Assembly: GCA_044238605.1 (NCBI GenBank)
Contig: JBIICY010000004.1
Span: 29,395-93,394 of the forward strand
Length of the DNA stretch: 64,000 nt
Reading direction: 5' to 3'
From: Patescibacteria group bacterium
Lineage (GTDB): Bacteria > Bacteroidota > Ignavibacteria > Kapaibacteriales > Kapaibacteriaceae
Shown here one piece after another: positions 28,333 through 40,945 of the stretch (position 1 is the first letter of the stretch; each line of letters begins with the position of its first letter). The notes under the pieces were generated by a model. It saw nothing but the letters and a program-made list of their open reading frames with translations, was not told the origin of the DNA and did not search any database. A program made the translations under genes and the position numbers.

Positions 28333-29228
28333 GCATACCTCCGCGCGAGCGCTTGCGCAACAGGGATTTCGGCTTCTGGTTCTTCTGTGAGGGATACCCG
28401 AATGGTGTCTCCTAAGCCATCTTCCAAAAGTGTACCAATGCCTAACGCACTCTTTACGCGTCCGTCTTCGCCATCTCCAGCTTCGGTTACACCCAGGTGC
28501 AACGGATATGGCTTGAGGCCTTCTTGCCGGAGACGAGACACAAGAAGCCGGTAGGCATGGATCATCACGAGTGGATTGCTGGACTTCATCGACAGCACGA
28601 TGTTGTAGTAGCCTTCATCTTCGGCAATGCGCAGAAACTCGAGTGCAGACTCCACCATGCCGTCGGGATTATCTCCGTAGCGACTCATGATGCGGTCTGA
28701 CAGCGAACCATGGTTCGTTCCGATGCGCAGGGCTGTTCCGTACTCCTTGCAGATCTTGATCAGTGGCACAAAGCGCGCACGAATGCGGTCGAGCTCTTCC
28801 TGATATTCTGCATCGGTATACTCGATGATGTTGAACTGCTTTTTGTCGACGTAATTCCCTGGATTGATCCGCACCTTTTCAACTACACGGGCTGCAATCT
28901 CGGCGGCATTTGGCGTGTAGTGGATATCTGCTACTAACGGCGTTGTATAGCCCCGTTCGCGCAGACCCGTGCGGATCATTTCAAGGTTCTTAGCTTCTCG
29001 CATGGAAGGGGCGGTAATGCGCACCAGCTCGCATCCGGCGTCGATCATGCGGATAGATTGCTCGATAGTACCTTGCGTATCCATGGTGTTCGTTGTAGTC
29101 ATCGATTGAACACGGATAGGGTAGGCAGAGCCCATGGCGAGGTCGCCAATGGTCGCGGTTACCGTTTCACGACGGTGATAGGTCGTAAGCGACTCGCAAT
29201 ACGGCGGTAGGGTGTCGTGGTGCTGCAC
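28329..29228 (-). CDS. ispG: IspG/GcpE N-terminal TIM-barrel portion (HMBPP synthase)
   Basis: [11 protein letters not shown] ... VRITAPS ... [40 protein letters not shown] is typical of the GcpE barrel. Confidence 0.85.
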   Translation of the reverse strand: MQHHDTLPPYCESLTTYHRRETVTATIGDLAMGSAYPIRVQSMTTTNTMDTQGTIEQSIRMIDAGCELVRITAPSMREAKNLEMIRTGLRERGYTTPLVADIHYTPNAAEIAARVVEKVRINPGNYVDKKQFNIIEYTDAEYQEELDRIRARFVPLIKICKEYGTALRIGTNHGSLSDRIMSRYGDNPDGMVESALEFLRIAEDEGYYNIVLSMKSSNPLVMIHAYRLLVSRLRQEGLKPYPLHLGVTEAGDGEDGRVKSALGIGTLLEDGLGDTIRVSLTEEPEAEIPVAQALARRYA

Positions 29229-29230
29229 GG

Positions 29231-30163
29231 TTAGAGCTGACGGCTAACTTCAAAAAGAATGTTTTTTTCACGCTCAGACAATCCGTGGTATCCGCCACGC
29301 GAGATCTTGTCGAGGATTTGATCGATCTGTTCCTGCGATACAGGCTGCCCTTCAACTACAAACTTTGTTGGTGTCTGCGTAGCAGGTTCGCTACGAACCG
29401 GTTCCTGCGTAGGAACGTATTCATAGCGAGGGGGCTGGCGTTCTGAAAGATCTCGAAAATCTGCATCGATCACGTTGGATCCCCGACGGTAGCTGTCTTT
29501 GTACTGCGATCCCTCGATCTTCCGAAAGAGCGGTTCCCCAAACTTGATGAGCAGATAGCCCCCTAACGCACCTCCCAAGTGTGCAAAGTGCGCTACACCA
29601 TCTCCCGCGTTGAAGAGTCCGCTAACAAGATCGAACCCTGCGTAGATCATCACAAAGATCCGTGCCGGGATAGGGAAGAACAGCGGGAACATCATGATCG
29701 GCCTGTCGGGGAAGGTCATCCCGAAGGCAAGAAGAACGCCCATGATCGAGCCCGATGCACCGATCGTTGGGGCAAGGCCTCCGCCAAGCAATGGGGTGAT
29801 CGCAAGGTGCACAATGCCGGCCGCTATGCCGGCCAGGATGTAGTATGCTGCGAACCGACGTGACCCCCAGATGTATTCAAGCTCCACGCCGAACATCCAC
29901 AGGGCGAGCATGTTAAACAGCAGATGCGAAATACCACCATGCATAAACTGATACGACAGTAGCTGCCATGGATAAAACAATCCGCTGCCTGCAGGCCATA
30001 GGGCAAACGTCTCCATCACTACGTTGTCGATTGGCTGTCCACCAAGTGTGAGCCCCTGCAGAAACAGCGACTGAATCACAAAGACGATCACGTTGCTTGC
30101 AAGCAAGAACTTGATCACTGGTGGGAATGCGCCCATGCGGCCTTGGCCAAATTGTGCTGACAT
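29231..30163 (-). CDS. Rhomboid-family intramembrane serine protease with a C-terminal cytoplasmic extension
   Basis: [13 protein letters not shown] (GxSG) and AHLGGALGG (catalytic His) in a 6-7 TM core. Confidence 0.75.
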   Translation of the reverse strand: MSAQFGQGRMGAFPPVIKFLLASNVIVFVIQSLFLQGLTLGGQPIDNVVMETFALWPAGSGLFYPWQLLSYQFMHGGISHLLFNMLALWMFGVELEYIWGSRRFAAYYILAGIAAGIVHLAITPLLGGGLAPTIGASGSIMGVLLAFGMTFPDRPIMMFPLFFPIPARIFVMIYAGFDLVSGLFNAGDGVAHFAHLGGALGGYLLIKFGEPLFRKIEGSQYKDSYRRGSNVIDADFRDLSERQPPRYEYVPTQEPVRSEPATQTPTKFVVEGQPVSQEQIDQILDKISRGGYHGLSEREKNILFEVSRQL

Positions 30164-30166
30164 GTC

Positions 30167-32373
<2,207 letters not shown>

Positions 32374-32404
32374 TTATAAAAACGTGGCGCAAAAATACCA
32401 TGCT

Positions 32405-32971
32405 TTACTGTTTCTTGACGCGGCTCGGGTTCTTCTCTACGTAGTCTTTCCAGGCGTTTCGCTTCGAAACTTTTCCACCACGCTTTGCGGCAGGGGGCGG
32501 TCCGCCATTTACGGCATGACATATCGCTACGGCAAGAGCATCAGTAGCATCAAAAAACTCGGGTGTTTCATCGATGGACAAAATCGCCCGCACCATATGC
32601 TGTACTTGATCTTTTGTTGCAGCTCCGCGTCCGGTAACACTTCGCTTTACCTGCATCGGCGTATACTCGACGGGGTCGTGTCCACCCTGCGCGCATGCTA
32701 ACACGGCAACGCCGCGAGCATGGGAGAGCTGAACGATTGAGAGGACATTTTTTGCGTAGAACACTTTCTCAAGAGAGCACACATCGGGGGATGTGCGGGT
32801 GATCACAGCGCTCAAGCGCTCATGGATCTCTCGCAGACGCTCCGGAAACGACGAGCTGCGTCGCTTAACGGCTATCACGCCGTATTCGACAAGCTTCATG
32901 GACGAGCCCTCGGCATCTATTACACCGTATCCACAAACAACAGAGCCTGGGTCGATGCCAAGTATTCTCAT
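32405..32971 (-). CDS. ruvC: Holliday junction resolvase RuvC
   Basis: MRILGIDPGSVVCGYGVID. Confidence 0.85.
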   Translation of the reverse strand: MRILGIDPGSVVCGYGVIDAEGSSMKLVEYGVIAVKRRSSSFPERLREIHERLSAVITRTSPDVCSLEKVFYAKNVLSIVQLSHARGVAVLACAQGGHDPVEYTPMQVKRSVTGRGAATKDQVQHMVRAILSIDETPEFFDATDALAVAICHAVNGGPPPAAKRGGKVSKRNAWKDYVEKNPSRVKKQ

Positions 32972-33705
32972 GCTTCGTCCTCATCGGGCAGGTCGGCGTT
33001 GTGAAAGACGTTCTGCACATCGTCGTTATCGTCGAGCACATCAAGCAGCTTGTCGAGCATCTTTGAGTGGTCCTGTTCCGTAACCTGCACGGTTGTATTT
33101 GGCTCAAACACAATGCGCGTCTCTCGCACATCAAGACCCTTGTTGGAGCATTCATTAGCACACGTGCCCAGCATGTCGACTGCGCAATAGACGAGCGCGC
33201 CCTCATCAATCACTACCACGTCATCAGCGCCGATGTCCATAGCGATCGTCAGGAGGTCTTCTTCTGTGCGCTGAGTTTCGATGCGTATCTCGCCCTTGCG
33301 CGTAAAGTTCCAGCTTACGGAATTGGTTTCTCCAAGGTTGCCGCCAAACTTGGAAAACGTAGCACGCAGTTCTTGTGTAGAGCGGTTGCGGTGGTCTGTT
33401 GTGCAGACAACGATCACGGCAACGCCGCCCGGACCGTAGCCTTCGTATGTGACGTCTTCATAGCTCACACCTTCAAGTTCACCGGTGCCTCGCAGGATTG
33501 CGCGCTTGATGTTCTCTACCGGCATCGACACCGACCGTGCATTTTCTATTGCCATCCGCAGGCGGGCATTTGCGTCGGGGTCGCCCCCTCCGAGCTTGGC
33601 AGCAACGATGATCTCCTTCGAAACCTTCGTAAAGAGTTTCCCGCGCTTTGCGTCGACAACTGCCTTGCGACGCTTAATATTTGCCCATTTACTGTGTCCA
33701 GCCAT
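32968..33705 (-). CDS. yebC: YebC/PmpR-family transcriptional regulator
   Basis: MAGHSKWANIKRRKAVVDAKRGKLFTK. A 4-nt overlap with ruvC. Confidence 0.85.
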   Translation of the reverse strand: MAGHSKWANIKRRKAVVDAKRGKLFTKVSKEIIVAAKLGGGDPDANARLRMAIENARSVSMPVENIKRAILRGTGELEGVSYEDVTYEGYGPGGVAVIVVCTTDHRNRSTQELRATFSKFGGNLGETNSVSWNFTRKGEIRIETQRTEEDLLTIAMDIGADDVVVIDEGALVYCAVDMLGTCANECSNKGLDVRETRIVFEPNTTVQVTEQDHSKMLDKLLDVLDDNDDVQNVFHNADLPDEDEA

Positions 33706-33714
33706 GCTGCAAAG

Positions 33715-36429
33715 CTACAACTGTGGACGGTGTCGGTAGAGTGATGCGATTGCCTTTGCATACACGCTTGATGTAGACAGGATTTGTGCATCGCCGATCA
33801 TGACAAACTGTTCTTTTGCACGAGTCATGGCAACGTTGAGTTTGCGGTCGATGCGAGCCCCATTGTAGTCGATCTCAGATCGAATCTGATCGAACTCCTG
33901 CAGAGTTGATACAGCGGCTATGTAGATGATCACGTCGCGCTCGCTTCCCTGGAAGCGCTCTACAGTATCGACTGTGCAGTGCTGCCGTATATCGAACGGA
34001 AGAGCTTGCAGAATGGCATTATTGATGATGCGGAAGGGGCTAATGATGCCGATGCTCAGATGTTGTCCAGACGGATAGGGCAGAAGTGCGAGGGTTGATG
34101 CAAGCTCTACAGCATAGCGCACTTGCGTAGCTGTATCTATGAGGTCAACATAGCACGCTCGGTGTGGTAGAATGTGCGACCACGGAAGCGGACTGATGTC
34201 TGTCTGATGGTCGTGCAGACACGTAAGCGCGTCCGCGTAAAACGCACGAGCGGGAAAGGTCATCACATCGGTATGCATGCGGCCCTGCTGATGCAGCATT
34301 GCAACATGGTCATTGGTGGTGGCGCAGCGAAGAAGGCGCTCAAAAGCGCTGATGGAGGTAGACGTAAGATGAATCTCCTGCAGCAGAGGATGGTTTGTCG
34401 AAAGACGGTCAAGGGGCTGCACAACTACGGCAGGCAGCTGACAATGATCGCCGATAAGTATGGTACGTCCAGCACGCGCCATTGGAAGCAGCAGCATGGG
34501 CTCTAGGATCTGGGATGCTTCATCGACCACGGCAGTAGTAAAGCTCCCAAACTCCCAGATCTCGGGTGAAGACGTAAGCGACTGAATCGTAGAGACAACG
34601 CACTTCGTCGAATACAGATGCTCTGCTAGAGCCTCTGCCGAGAGCGTGCGTGCCATGTGGGGTATGCTGTGCGATCCGGTTGCCCCTTCAAGACTTCCAT
34701 GACGTACGTATGGAATGTCGTACCTCGCCAGTGCCTCACAGATCTCGTTTGCCGCACGGTTGGTATATGCCAGCACCAGGACGCGTTCATCTGGATCCTG
34801 AGAGAGCTCCTGAACTATAGCGCGAAGCACGGCAGATGTCTTGCCTGTTCCGGGTGGACCCTGGATCAGGAACAGCTCACGGGCACTTAGGGCGCGCCCA
34901 ACGATCGTGCGCTGCGAGTCCGTAAGATTCGGTGCCGTGCACGGCCTTGGAGCATCCATTTGGGGAGTCCTGCGCCCAAGAAGCACTGCTCGTTTGTCAG
35001 GAGGAAGCTCGAGAAAGGCCCTAATCCCAGCATAGTGTGCCTTGGATGCCGTATCCATGGTATCGAGCTCAATGTCCCATGTCCTCTGGGGAAACTCATG
35101 CACGGGAGCAAACTTGTTGCGGAGAGAAAGCACAACCGTTGTGGCGGTGAGTTCTCGAACCGAGGCCTTAAATCGTGTTGAGAGGAGAGGCGTTGCGTCA
35201 TCGGGCTGCCAAAGACGCAAGACAACCGCATCGCCGATGCGAATGGGGGTGTCGGTCACGAGCCCCCTTCGTTGAAACACCAGATGCATATGGGCGGTAT
35301 CAGAGGCCTCGGCATGGTACTCTAGATCGGTCAGCACCGTTCGCGTGCGCAAAGCTCCGATGCGCTGCTCGAGAAGTTCCCCCGAGACAAGGCAGAGCCA
35401 TGCGGCAACAGCGTGTTTTTCGGTAGTGTCGAGACTGATGAGCGCCCGTGAGGTGTCTTCTAGGTCCACATGCTCATAGCTCGATACATCGCTCGTATTG
35501 TTCGGATGAAAGTTGCTAAGCACCCTCAATGGGCTTGTATCTGACCGGGATAGAGCAAGATCAGAGGCTACAATGGCATTCCTCGCGCGCAGAAGGGCAG
35601 CAAAGGCCGCATCGGCGGTCCGCAATGACCTGAGCGGGCGCTCTGCGTCTTGCACATACCACAGCATAGACCGCACCTGCATATGCGGGTGCTGCTCTTG
35701 CACCATCATCTGATAGGCTGCTACCTGCGCCCGATGATCGAGACGGACTCCGGATGTTGGGGCTTTGCCGGCCTTCATTTCGACAATATCTATCCTGTCC
35801 GGACGCCGGAGGACGATGTCGGCCCGTCCCTGCAAACCGTACGACTCAGATACGAAGTATGGTTCAAGTGCCAGGTCTTCGTCGTGCCAGGTTGCCTGAA
35901 CCGCACGCAGCCGGGGGAGCAGTTCGGCAACTTTTGCAAAGACGTTGTTGATCTCCGATGCAGACCGAAGAGACGCTAGTGAGAGTGGACGCAACGTGGA
36001 AAGATGTTGGCTGATCTCGGCATCTGAGATGTTTGGCAGCTTTACGATCACATCAAAGGCCGCATTCACCAGGCTTCCGGTTACTGTGGCATGTAGAACC
36101 TTTGCTGGCTTAAACTTCCTGGCCACGATCTTCACGTCGATTGGACCATCTGCTCCAGCTACACCCGCCGCATCCGTTACATCAACCACATAGTCGGGCT
36201 GTAATATGAGCAAGGGGCTAGCCTGCTCACTGTGGATAACCTTGTGGATAGGGGTGCCCACAAGCCAGGCCGGATGCTGTGAGTGTGACCCGATGACAAG
36301 CCCAAGATCAGCAAACGTGCGCTCTTCGACGAGCCCTGTATCTAGTTGAATTGATATGGACTTGCCGCTGTTATCCACAGAGCAGATTTGACCTGTGTGG
36401 ATAACAGGGCGTGTAGGTTCAGCCGACAT
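33715..36429 (-). CDS. Dna2/Nam7-like SF1 helicase fused to an N-terminal PD-(D/E)xK (Cas4/RecB-like) nuclease
   Basis: Nuclease motif DIVLRRPDRIDIVEMKAGK ... QVAAYQMM. Helicase motifs [53 protein letters not shown]. The start is placed at the internal Met (MSAEPTRPV) to clear the recJ stop. Confidence 0.7.
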   Translation of the reverse strand: MSAEPTRPVIHTGQICSVDNSGKSISIQLDTGLVEERTFADLGLVIGSHSQHPAWLVGTPIHKVIHSEQASPLLILQPDYVVDVTDAAGVAGADGPIDVKIVARKFKPAKVLHATVTGSLVNAAFDVIVKLPNISDAEISQHLSTLRPLSLASLRSASEINNVFAKVAELLPRLRAVQATWHDEDLALEPYFVSESYGLQGRADIVLRRPDRIDIVEMKAGKAPTSGVRLDHRAQVAAYQMMVQEQHPHMQVRSMLWYVQDAERPLRSLRTADAAFAALLRARNAIVASDLALSRSDTSPLRVLSNFHPNNTSDVSSYEHVDLEDTSRALISLDTTEKHAVAAWLCLVSGELLEQRIGALRTRTVLTDLEYHAEASDTAHMHLVFQRRGLVTDTPIRIGDAVVLRLWQPDDATPLLSTRFKASVRELTATTVVLSLRNKFAPVHEFPQRTWDIELDTMDTASKAHYAGIRAFLELPPDKRAVLLGRRTPQMDAPRPCTAPNLTDSQRTIVGRALSARELFLIQGPPGTGKTSAVLRAIVQELSQDPDERVLVLAYTNRAANEICEALARYDIPYVRHGSLEGATGSHSIPHMARTLSAEALAEHLYSTKCVVSTIQSLTSSPEIWEFGSFTTAVVDEASQILEPMLLLPMARAGRTILIGDHCQLPAVVVQPLDRLSTNHPLLQEIHLTSTSISAFERLLRCATTNDHVAMLHQQGRMHTDVMTFPARAFYADALTCLHDHQTDISPLPWSHILPHRACYVDLIDTATQVRYAVELASTLALLPYPSGQHLSIGIISPFRIINNAILQALPFDIRQHCTVDTVERFQGSERDVIIYIAAVSTLQEFDQIRSEIDYNGARIDRKLNVAMTRAKEQFVMIGDAQILSTSSVYAKAIASLYRHRPQL

Positions 36430-36445
36430 GAGGACGTGTGGATAA

Positions 36446-38215
36446 CTACGAAAGTGGACGTAGGTCCTTGAGACGAATCTGCGGAGTAGACGTTCCTTGG
36501 AAGATGTTTTCCTCCAAGGTGTAGACCATGGAGAAGTGTCTGCCGTGGCTGCATTCCGAGATCTTCTTCCCGAGATTGAATCCAATAGCGTCGATAGCAA
36601 AGTTTCGTTGCAAGGCGCGGAACTTCAAATGGTTGTTCCCAACAATTTTAACGCCGTTGGCAGAGGCAACATTGTCTGTGTGGAAAACCGGACGATGGTT
36701 CTGGTAACCGTACGGGGCGAACTTCCCTAAGAACTTTAAAAAGCTTGGAGTTAGTTCGTTCAGCTGTAAATCGGTATCAACCACTATTTCGTGTTCAAGC
36801 ATCTCTGGCGTAATGGCTGAGGATGCCATTGCATCGAATCTGCGCTGTAGTTCGGGGATGTTCTCTACAGGTAGCGACAGCCCAGCTGCGTGGATATGTC
36901 CGCCAAATTCTGTGAGCAGATCCTCACACTGTTTAAGTGCGCCGTGGATGTCGAAATCCTTGACGGATCTAGCAGAACCCTTTGCGATTCCATCGATTGT
37001 GGTAAGCATGATCGATGGCACATTGTAACGTTCTACAAGACGCGAAGCCACGATTCCGATTACACCGGCATGCCAGTTATCGCTATGCAATACCAGCGAC
37101 TTACCACTGCCAGTTGCGAGTTGCTTTTCGGCCTGAATAGCAGCCTCTTCAAAGGTGTGCTCATCGATTGCGCGTCGCTGACGGTTGTCGTGTTCAAGTT
37201 CCTGTGCGATGTGGAAGGCGCGGAGTTCATCCGGCTGGATCATCATCTCAACCGCACGGCGTGGGTCTCCGAGGCGTCCTGCCGCATTAATCCGAGGAGC
37301 TAACCCGAAGATTACACTGGAGTTAGTGAGCTGTCCAAGGTGCAAGCCGGCGCAATCAACAAGCCCCTTAAAGCCCGGACGCGGGTAGGAATTGAGAAGT
37401 TCCAAGCCAAAATGGCTTAACACACGGTTTTCGCCAGTTAAGGGGGCTATATCTGCTGCCGAGGCGATGGCCACAAAGTCGAGGTATTCGAAGGCCAGTT
37501 CGGGATGACCCTGACGTTCACTGAGGGCTTGGAGCAGTTTGAATGCTACACCGCAGGCGGCTAAGTCCTTGTAAGGATAGCTACATCCGGGTTTGATCGG
37601 GTCAAGCAGGGCTAGCGCCTTCGGGATCTCTTCAGCGGCCTGGTGGTGATCGCAGACGATCACATCTATACCCAGTTCGCGTGCATGGTCTACAGCTCTG
37701 GAAGCCGTAACCCCAACGTCTACCGTAACAATAACCTTGGCACCGGCCTGATGGGCGCGGTCTACAGATAGCGGGGTAAAGCCGAACCCCTCTTCGAGTC
37801 GGCTGGGGATATGATAGTCAGCATGAGCACCAATTCTGCGCAAGAAATGCAGAACCATCGCAGTGCTCGATGTGCCGTCCACATCGTAATCACCATGAAT
37901 CCATATCAGTTCTTTATTCTGAATGGACTCCTCTATACGGTCAACAGCTTGATCCATGCCGTCCATGAGCCATGGAGAGTGCAAGTGATCAAGCGACGGT
38001 TCAAAGAACCGCTGAACGTCTTCAACTGTGGATAGCCCCCTGCTCACCAATACGCGTGCGATCGGTGGGGGGACGTGAAGTTGTTGTATTATGGTTTGGA
38101 CAGCATGCTCATCGTGACAATCCCGGGTAATCCACCGGTAGTTCAAAATGTTCCTGTTAATTTGAAAACAAACTGTCCGAAGATACGAACCAACCCATCC
38201 TGTGGCAAAACGCAT
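36446..38215 (-). CDS. recJ: Single-stranded-DNA-specific exonuclease RecJ
   Basis: DHH motifs IWIHGDYDVDGTSS and VDHHQ, with a DHHA1 domain. Confidence 0.85.
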   Translation of the reverse strand: MRFATGWVGSYLRTVCFQINRNILNYRWITRDCHDEHAVQTIIQQLHVPPPIARVLVSRGLSTVEDVQRFFEPSLDHLHSPWLMDGMDQAVDRIEESIQNKELIWIHGDYDVDGTSSTAMVLHFLRRIGAHADYHIPSRLEEGFGFTPLSVDRAHQAGAKVIVTVDVGVTASRAVDHARELGIDVIVCDHHQAAEEIPKALALLDPIKPGCSYPYKDLAACGVAFKLLQALSERQGHPELAFEYLDFVAIASAADIAPLTGENRVLSHFGLELLNSYPRPGFKGLVDCAGLHLGQLTNSSVIFGLAPRINAAGRLGDPRRAVEMMIQPDELRAFHIAQELEHDNRQRRAIDEHTFEEAAIQAEKQLATGSGKSLVLHSDNWHAGVIGIVASRLVERYNVPSIMLTTIDGIAKGSARSVKDFDIHGALKQCEDLLTEFGGHIHAAGLSLPVENIPELQRRFDAMASSAITPEMLEHEIVVDTDLQLNELTPSFLKFLGKFAPYGYQNHRPVFHTDNVASANGVKIVGNNHLKFRALQRNFAIDAIGFNLGKKISECSHGRHFSMVYTLEENIFQGTSTPQIRLKDLRPLS

Positions 38216-39269
38216 ACACGACTACATAGCGGGGCAACCCGACCAAGACGACCACGAACTGGGGTACCGTGCGCGCACACGGGAGCGAGCCAAGCTGCTG
38301 GATAGAACGCGCACGCGGGTAAAGCAGGGCAACATCCCTGAGGGGGCTCTCCAGGGCACCGTGATGCGTCCGCTGGGTCCGCGCTGGATGGTTGCCACAC
38401 CTGGATCCGTGTGGGACTGTGCCGTTTCGGGCATCATCGACGTGCCACACACATCCAGCCTAGTAGCCGTTGGGGACACCGTCTGGATCATGCCCGATCA
38501 GCGGGCATCCGGAGCAGCCTCAATCGTCAAGGTTGAAGAACGCACCACGGTACTCTCGCGCAAAGCTGCCGGACGCGGCAAGAAGGAGCAGGTTTTGGTG
38601 TCCAACGCCGAGCAACTCTGCATCGTTGTGGCAGCAGCCCAGCCAGACTATAAAAAGCGGCTCATCGACCGGTATTTGATCGCTGCTGACAAAGGCGAGC
38701 TTGCGCCGATGATCGTGATCAACAAGATCGACCTCATTCCTGATGAGTATCGCGAGGACTTTGTTGATGACCTTCGGGTGTACTCCGAAGACCTTGGCAT
38801 CCCTGTGCTGTTCACAAGCACCACAACAGGGGAGGGCATCGAAGAACTTGAGCAGCACCTCTTGGCGCACACCTCACTGCTTGCCGGCCCATCAGGCGTT
38901 GGCAAATCCTCCATCATCAACCTGATCAGCAACATCCCTCAAGCAGTTGGGGAGATCTCCCGCAAATACGATAAGGGGCGTCATACCACCACCGCGGCTA
39001 TCGTTATTCCATTGCGCAACGGCGGCATCGCCATCGACACCCCCGGCATCCGCGAATTTGCCCTTTGGGAACTGGGAATAGACGAGCTCCCATTCTACTT
39101 CGAAGAGTTCGCCCCTTTTGCCGAACACTGCAAGTTCAATTCCTGCTCTCACACCCACGAACCCGGCTGCGCCGTAAAGCAAGCTGTGGAAGATGGCTTG
39201 GTGGATGAAGAACGATATGCTTCATACCTGCTGTTGAGCAGCGAGCAGCAAGCAGCGAGCAGCGAGTAG
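38202..39269 (+). CDS. rsgA: Ribosome small-subunit-dependent GTPase RsgA (YjeQ)
   Basis: LAGPSGVGKSSIINLI, DTPGIREF and the zinc knuckle CKFNSCSHTHEPGCAV. The C-terminal tail SSEQQAASSE* is encoded by the heptamer repeat array. The true start may be the downstream Met, because the track start overlaps the recJ start. Confidence 0.8.
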   Translation: MAKRIHDYIAGQPDQDDHELGYRARTRERAKLLDRTRTRVKQGNIPEGALQGTVMRPLGPRWMVATPGSVWDCAVSGIIDVPHTSSLVAVGDTVWIMPDQRASGAASIVKVEERTTVLSRKAAGRGKKEQVLVSNAEQLCIVVAAAQPDYKKRLIDRYLIAADKGELAPMIVINKIDLIPDEYREDFVDDLRVYSEDLGIPVLFTSTTTGEGIEELEQHLLAHTSLLAGPSGVGKSSIINLISNIPQAVGEISRKYDKGRHTTTAAIVIPLRNGGIAIDTPGIREFALWELGIDELPFYFEEFAPFAEHCKFNSCSHTHEPGCAVKQAVEDGLVDEERYASYLLLSSEQQAASSE

Positions 39270-39325
39270 CGAACAGCGAGTAGCGAACAGCGAGTAGCGA
39301 ACAGCGAGTAGCGAACAGCGAGTCC
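39237..39325. repeat. Tandem heptamer array AGCGARY (4 perfect 14-mers AGCGAGTAGCGAAC plus degenerate units)
   Basis: Read directly: agcagcgagcagcaagcagcgagcagcgagtagcgaacagcgagtagcgaac... It overlaps the last codons and the stop of rsgA. Confidence 0.8.
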
Positions 39326-39363
39326 TAGTAATAGATTTCGAATGATAAATGACGAACAACGAG

Positions 39364-39392
39364 TTACTCGCTGCTCGCTACTCGCTGTTCAC
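39364..39392. repeat. Inverted copy (4 units) of the AGCGARY heptamer repeat, forming a long imperfect hairpin with the 39237 array
   Basis: ttactcgctgctcgctactcgctgttcac is the reverse complement of the upstream array. It supplies the NSE-TAG terminus of the 39378 gene. Confidence 0.6.
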
Positions 39393-40868
39393 TAACAGCT
39401 TCCCGAGAATCTCGAATCGGACGATTTCACTGTCTGAAAAAGTGCTGGGCAATTCGCCAAGGCGCTTACGAAATGCGTTTAAGTCTGCTCTTGAAGGAGC
39501 TGTTGCTCGATGCTGATACAGAAATTCTATAAATACACCGAATCGGCTGTTATAGCGCATGTGCTTGCGACGCTGTATGAATCGCCACAGCGTAGTAAGT
39601 GTCTCATCATACTGAAGCTGACGGCACTGAGCAGTTGATTCAATCAACAACCATATATGCGATGCAATGAAGAAGTGCCGAGCAAGCGATCCTGCGCGTA
39701 TTTCTTCTAGCAAATCTCGGATAAACTGGTGAGGTCTGCCGCGACGTGGACCGTCCAGTTGCATAAGGGTCTCTAACGATATGCAGTAGGCTTCGGCAAG
39801 CCTCCGTCCGACCTTCAAATGTGTGTCATGTATAAGAGCATTGGGTGTTGATCGCGTTTCTTGTAAGATGCCAGCAGCAAGCTGTGCTTCCCCCTGCAGT
39901 AGAAGTGCTCTTACAGCAAGATCTGAGCAGAGAAACCAATTCCTTGTGCCTTGTGCAAACAAATCTCTTGCCCGCATAGCATAATCCGCTGCCTTGTATA
40001 AGTTGCAAAGCGCCATATGACAAATTGCTGTCTGCAGGACTGTCTCACGCTTCGGCAGAAGTGATTTGCGCAAGAAAACAATAAGTTCATCGTAGCGCTC
40101 GGTGACTTGCAGGGTTGTGCACGTGATGCGCGCGACAGACTCAACAAACCATGGCATCGAGCATTGGCCAAGTGCAAGATTGCATTCGTTATAGAGCTCG
40201 TTCCATTGTTGTCGCATTCGTTCTGATAGCACACTGCCCGTAAAAATTTGGGCATACAGAACATCATGATTTCCACGCAGTGTGGTTTCAAGATGGAGGG
40301 CATCATTCGTTGCTATGAGTTGAGTATGATATTTATGAGCATTATGTCTTTGACCGTGTAATGCAACATGAAGGAGCAATTGGCGCAGCCCGGCAACGCA
40401 AAAGCCTTGCCAGGCTGCTGGTATTGTCTCGTGATGTCGTAGCCCCTTTCGAAGATGAAATGATGCACCATCACCGATGTTGTGCTGGGACAAGTAAAGT
40501 CCGATGATGAGAGATCTAACAGCCGCGATTTGTTGCACAAGAAGAGGGTCATCAGAAAAACGTGAAGGGTCTAAGAAGAATACAAGATTCTCTAATCGAG
40601 CTATGGTTCTTTGCATCAACCGATTAAAAGCACCTACAGGCTGGATGTTGCCAGAACTGAGAGTCGATAGCCGGAGTCTCGCAGTTGCTGATGTCATTTC
40701 AGGGTCGAGCGCGAGTTTATATAACTGAAACGTCTTCGTTGCGGAGGATAAATTATCCTCATTAAACACCTCAATTGATTTAAATCGCATTTGCTGAATT
40801 GTTACTGCCAGCGCTTGTAAATACGTGAAGTTTGACATAATTATTGATAATAGTGATGTCGTTAACAT
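39378..40868 (-). CDS. Hypothetical all-alpha protein (cassette B large gene), distant paralog of 25590..26987
   Basis: 496 aa. It shares the GTRNWFLxxxLAVRALL ... EAQLAAGI segment with the 25590 product, and has the same divergent partner arrangement. Confidence 0.5.
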   Translation of the reverse strand: MLTTSLLSIIMSNFTYLQALAVTIQQMRFKSIEVFNEDNLSSATKTFQLYKLALDPEMTSATARLRLSTLSSGNIQPVGAFNRLMQRTIARLENLVFFLDPSRFSDDPLLVQQIAAVRSLIIGLYLSQHNIGDGASFHLRKGLRHHETIPAAWQGFCVAGLRQLLLHVALHGQRHNAHKYHTQLIATNDALHLETTLRGNHDVLYAQIFTGSVLSERMRQQWNELYNECNLALGQCSMPWFVESVARITCTTLQVTERYDELIVFLRKSLLPKRETVLQTAICHMALCNLYKAADYAMRARDLFAQGTRNWFLCSDLAVRALLLQGEAQLAAGILQETRSTPNALIHDTHLKVGRRLAEAYCISLETLMQLDGPRRGRPHQFIRDLLEEIRAGSLARHFFIASHIWLLIESTAQCRQLQYDETLTTLWRFIQRRKHMRYNSRFGVFIEFLYQHRATAPSRADLNAFRKRLGELPSTFSDSEIVRFEILGKLLVNSE

Positions 40869-40945
40869 TTGTATTGTGGTAGTGCTGATAATCTACGGCA
40901 TTTCGAGGTTGCTCCATCATTCACACTCACGATGGAACAATCGCA

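Noticed and set aside
39237-39392. Possible CRISPR array (the short direct repeats here, and at 25476, 44072 and 53929)
   Set aside because: The units are 7 nt (14 nt at most), directly tandem with no unique spacers, partly inside coding sequence, and no cas genes are present. These are microsatellite-type arrays, not CRISPR.
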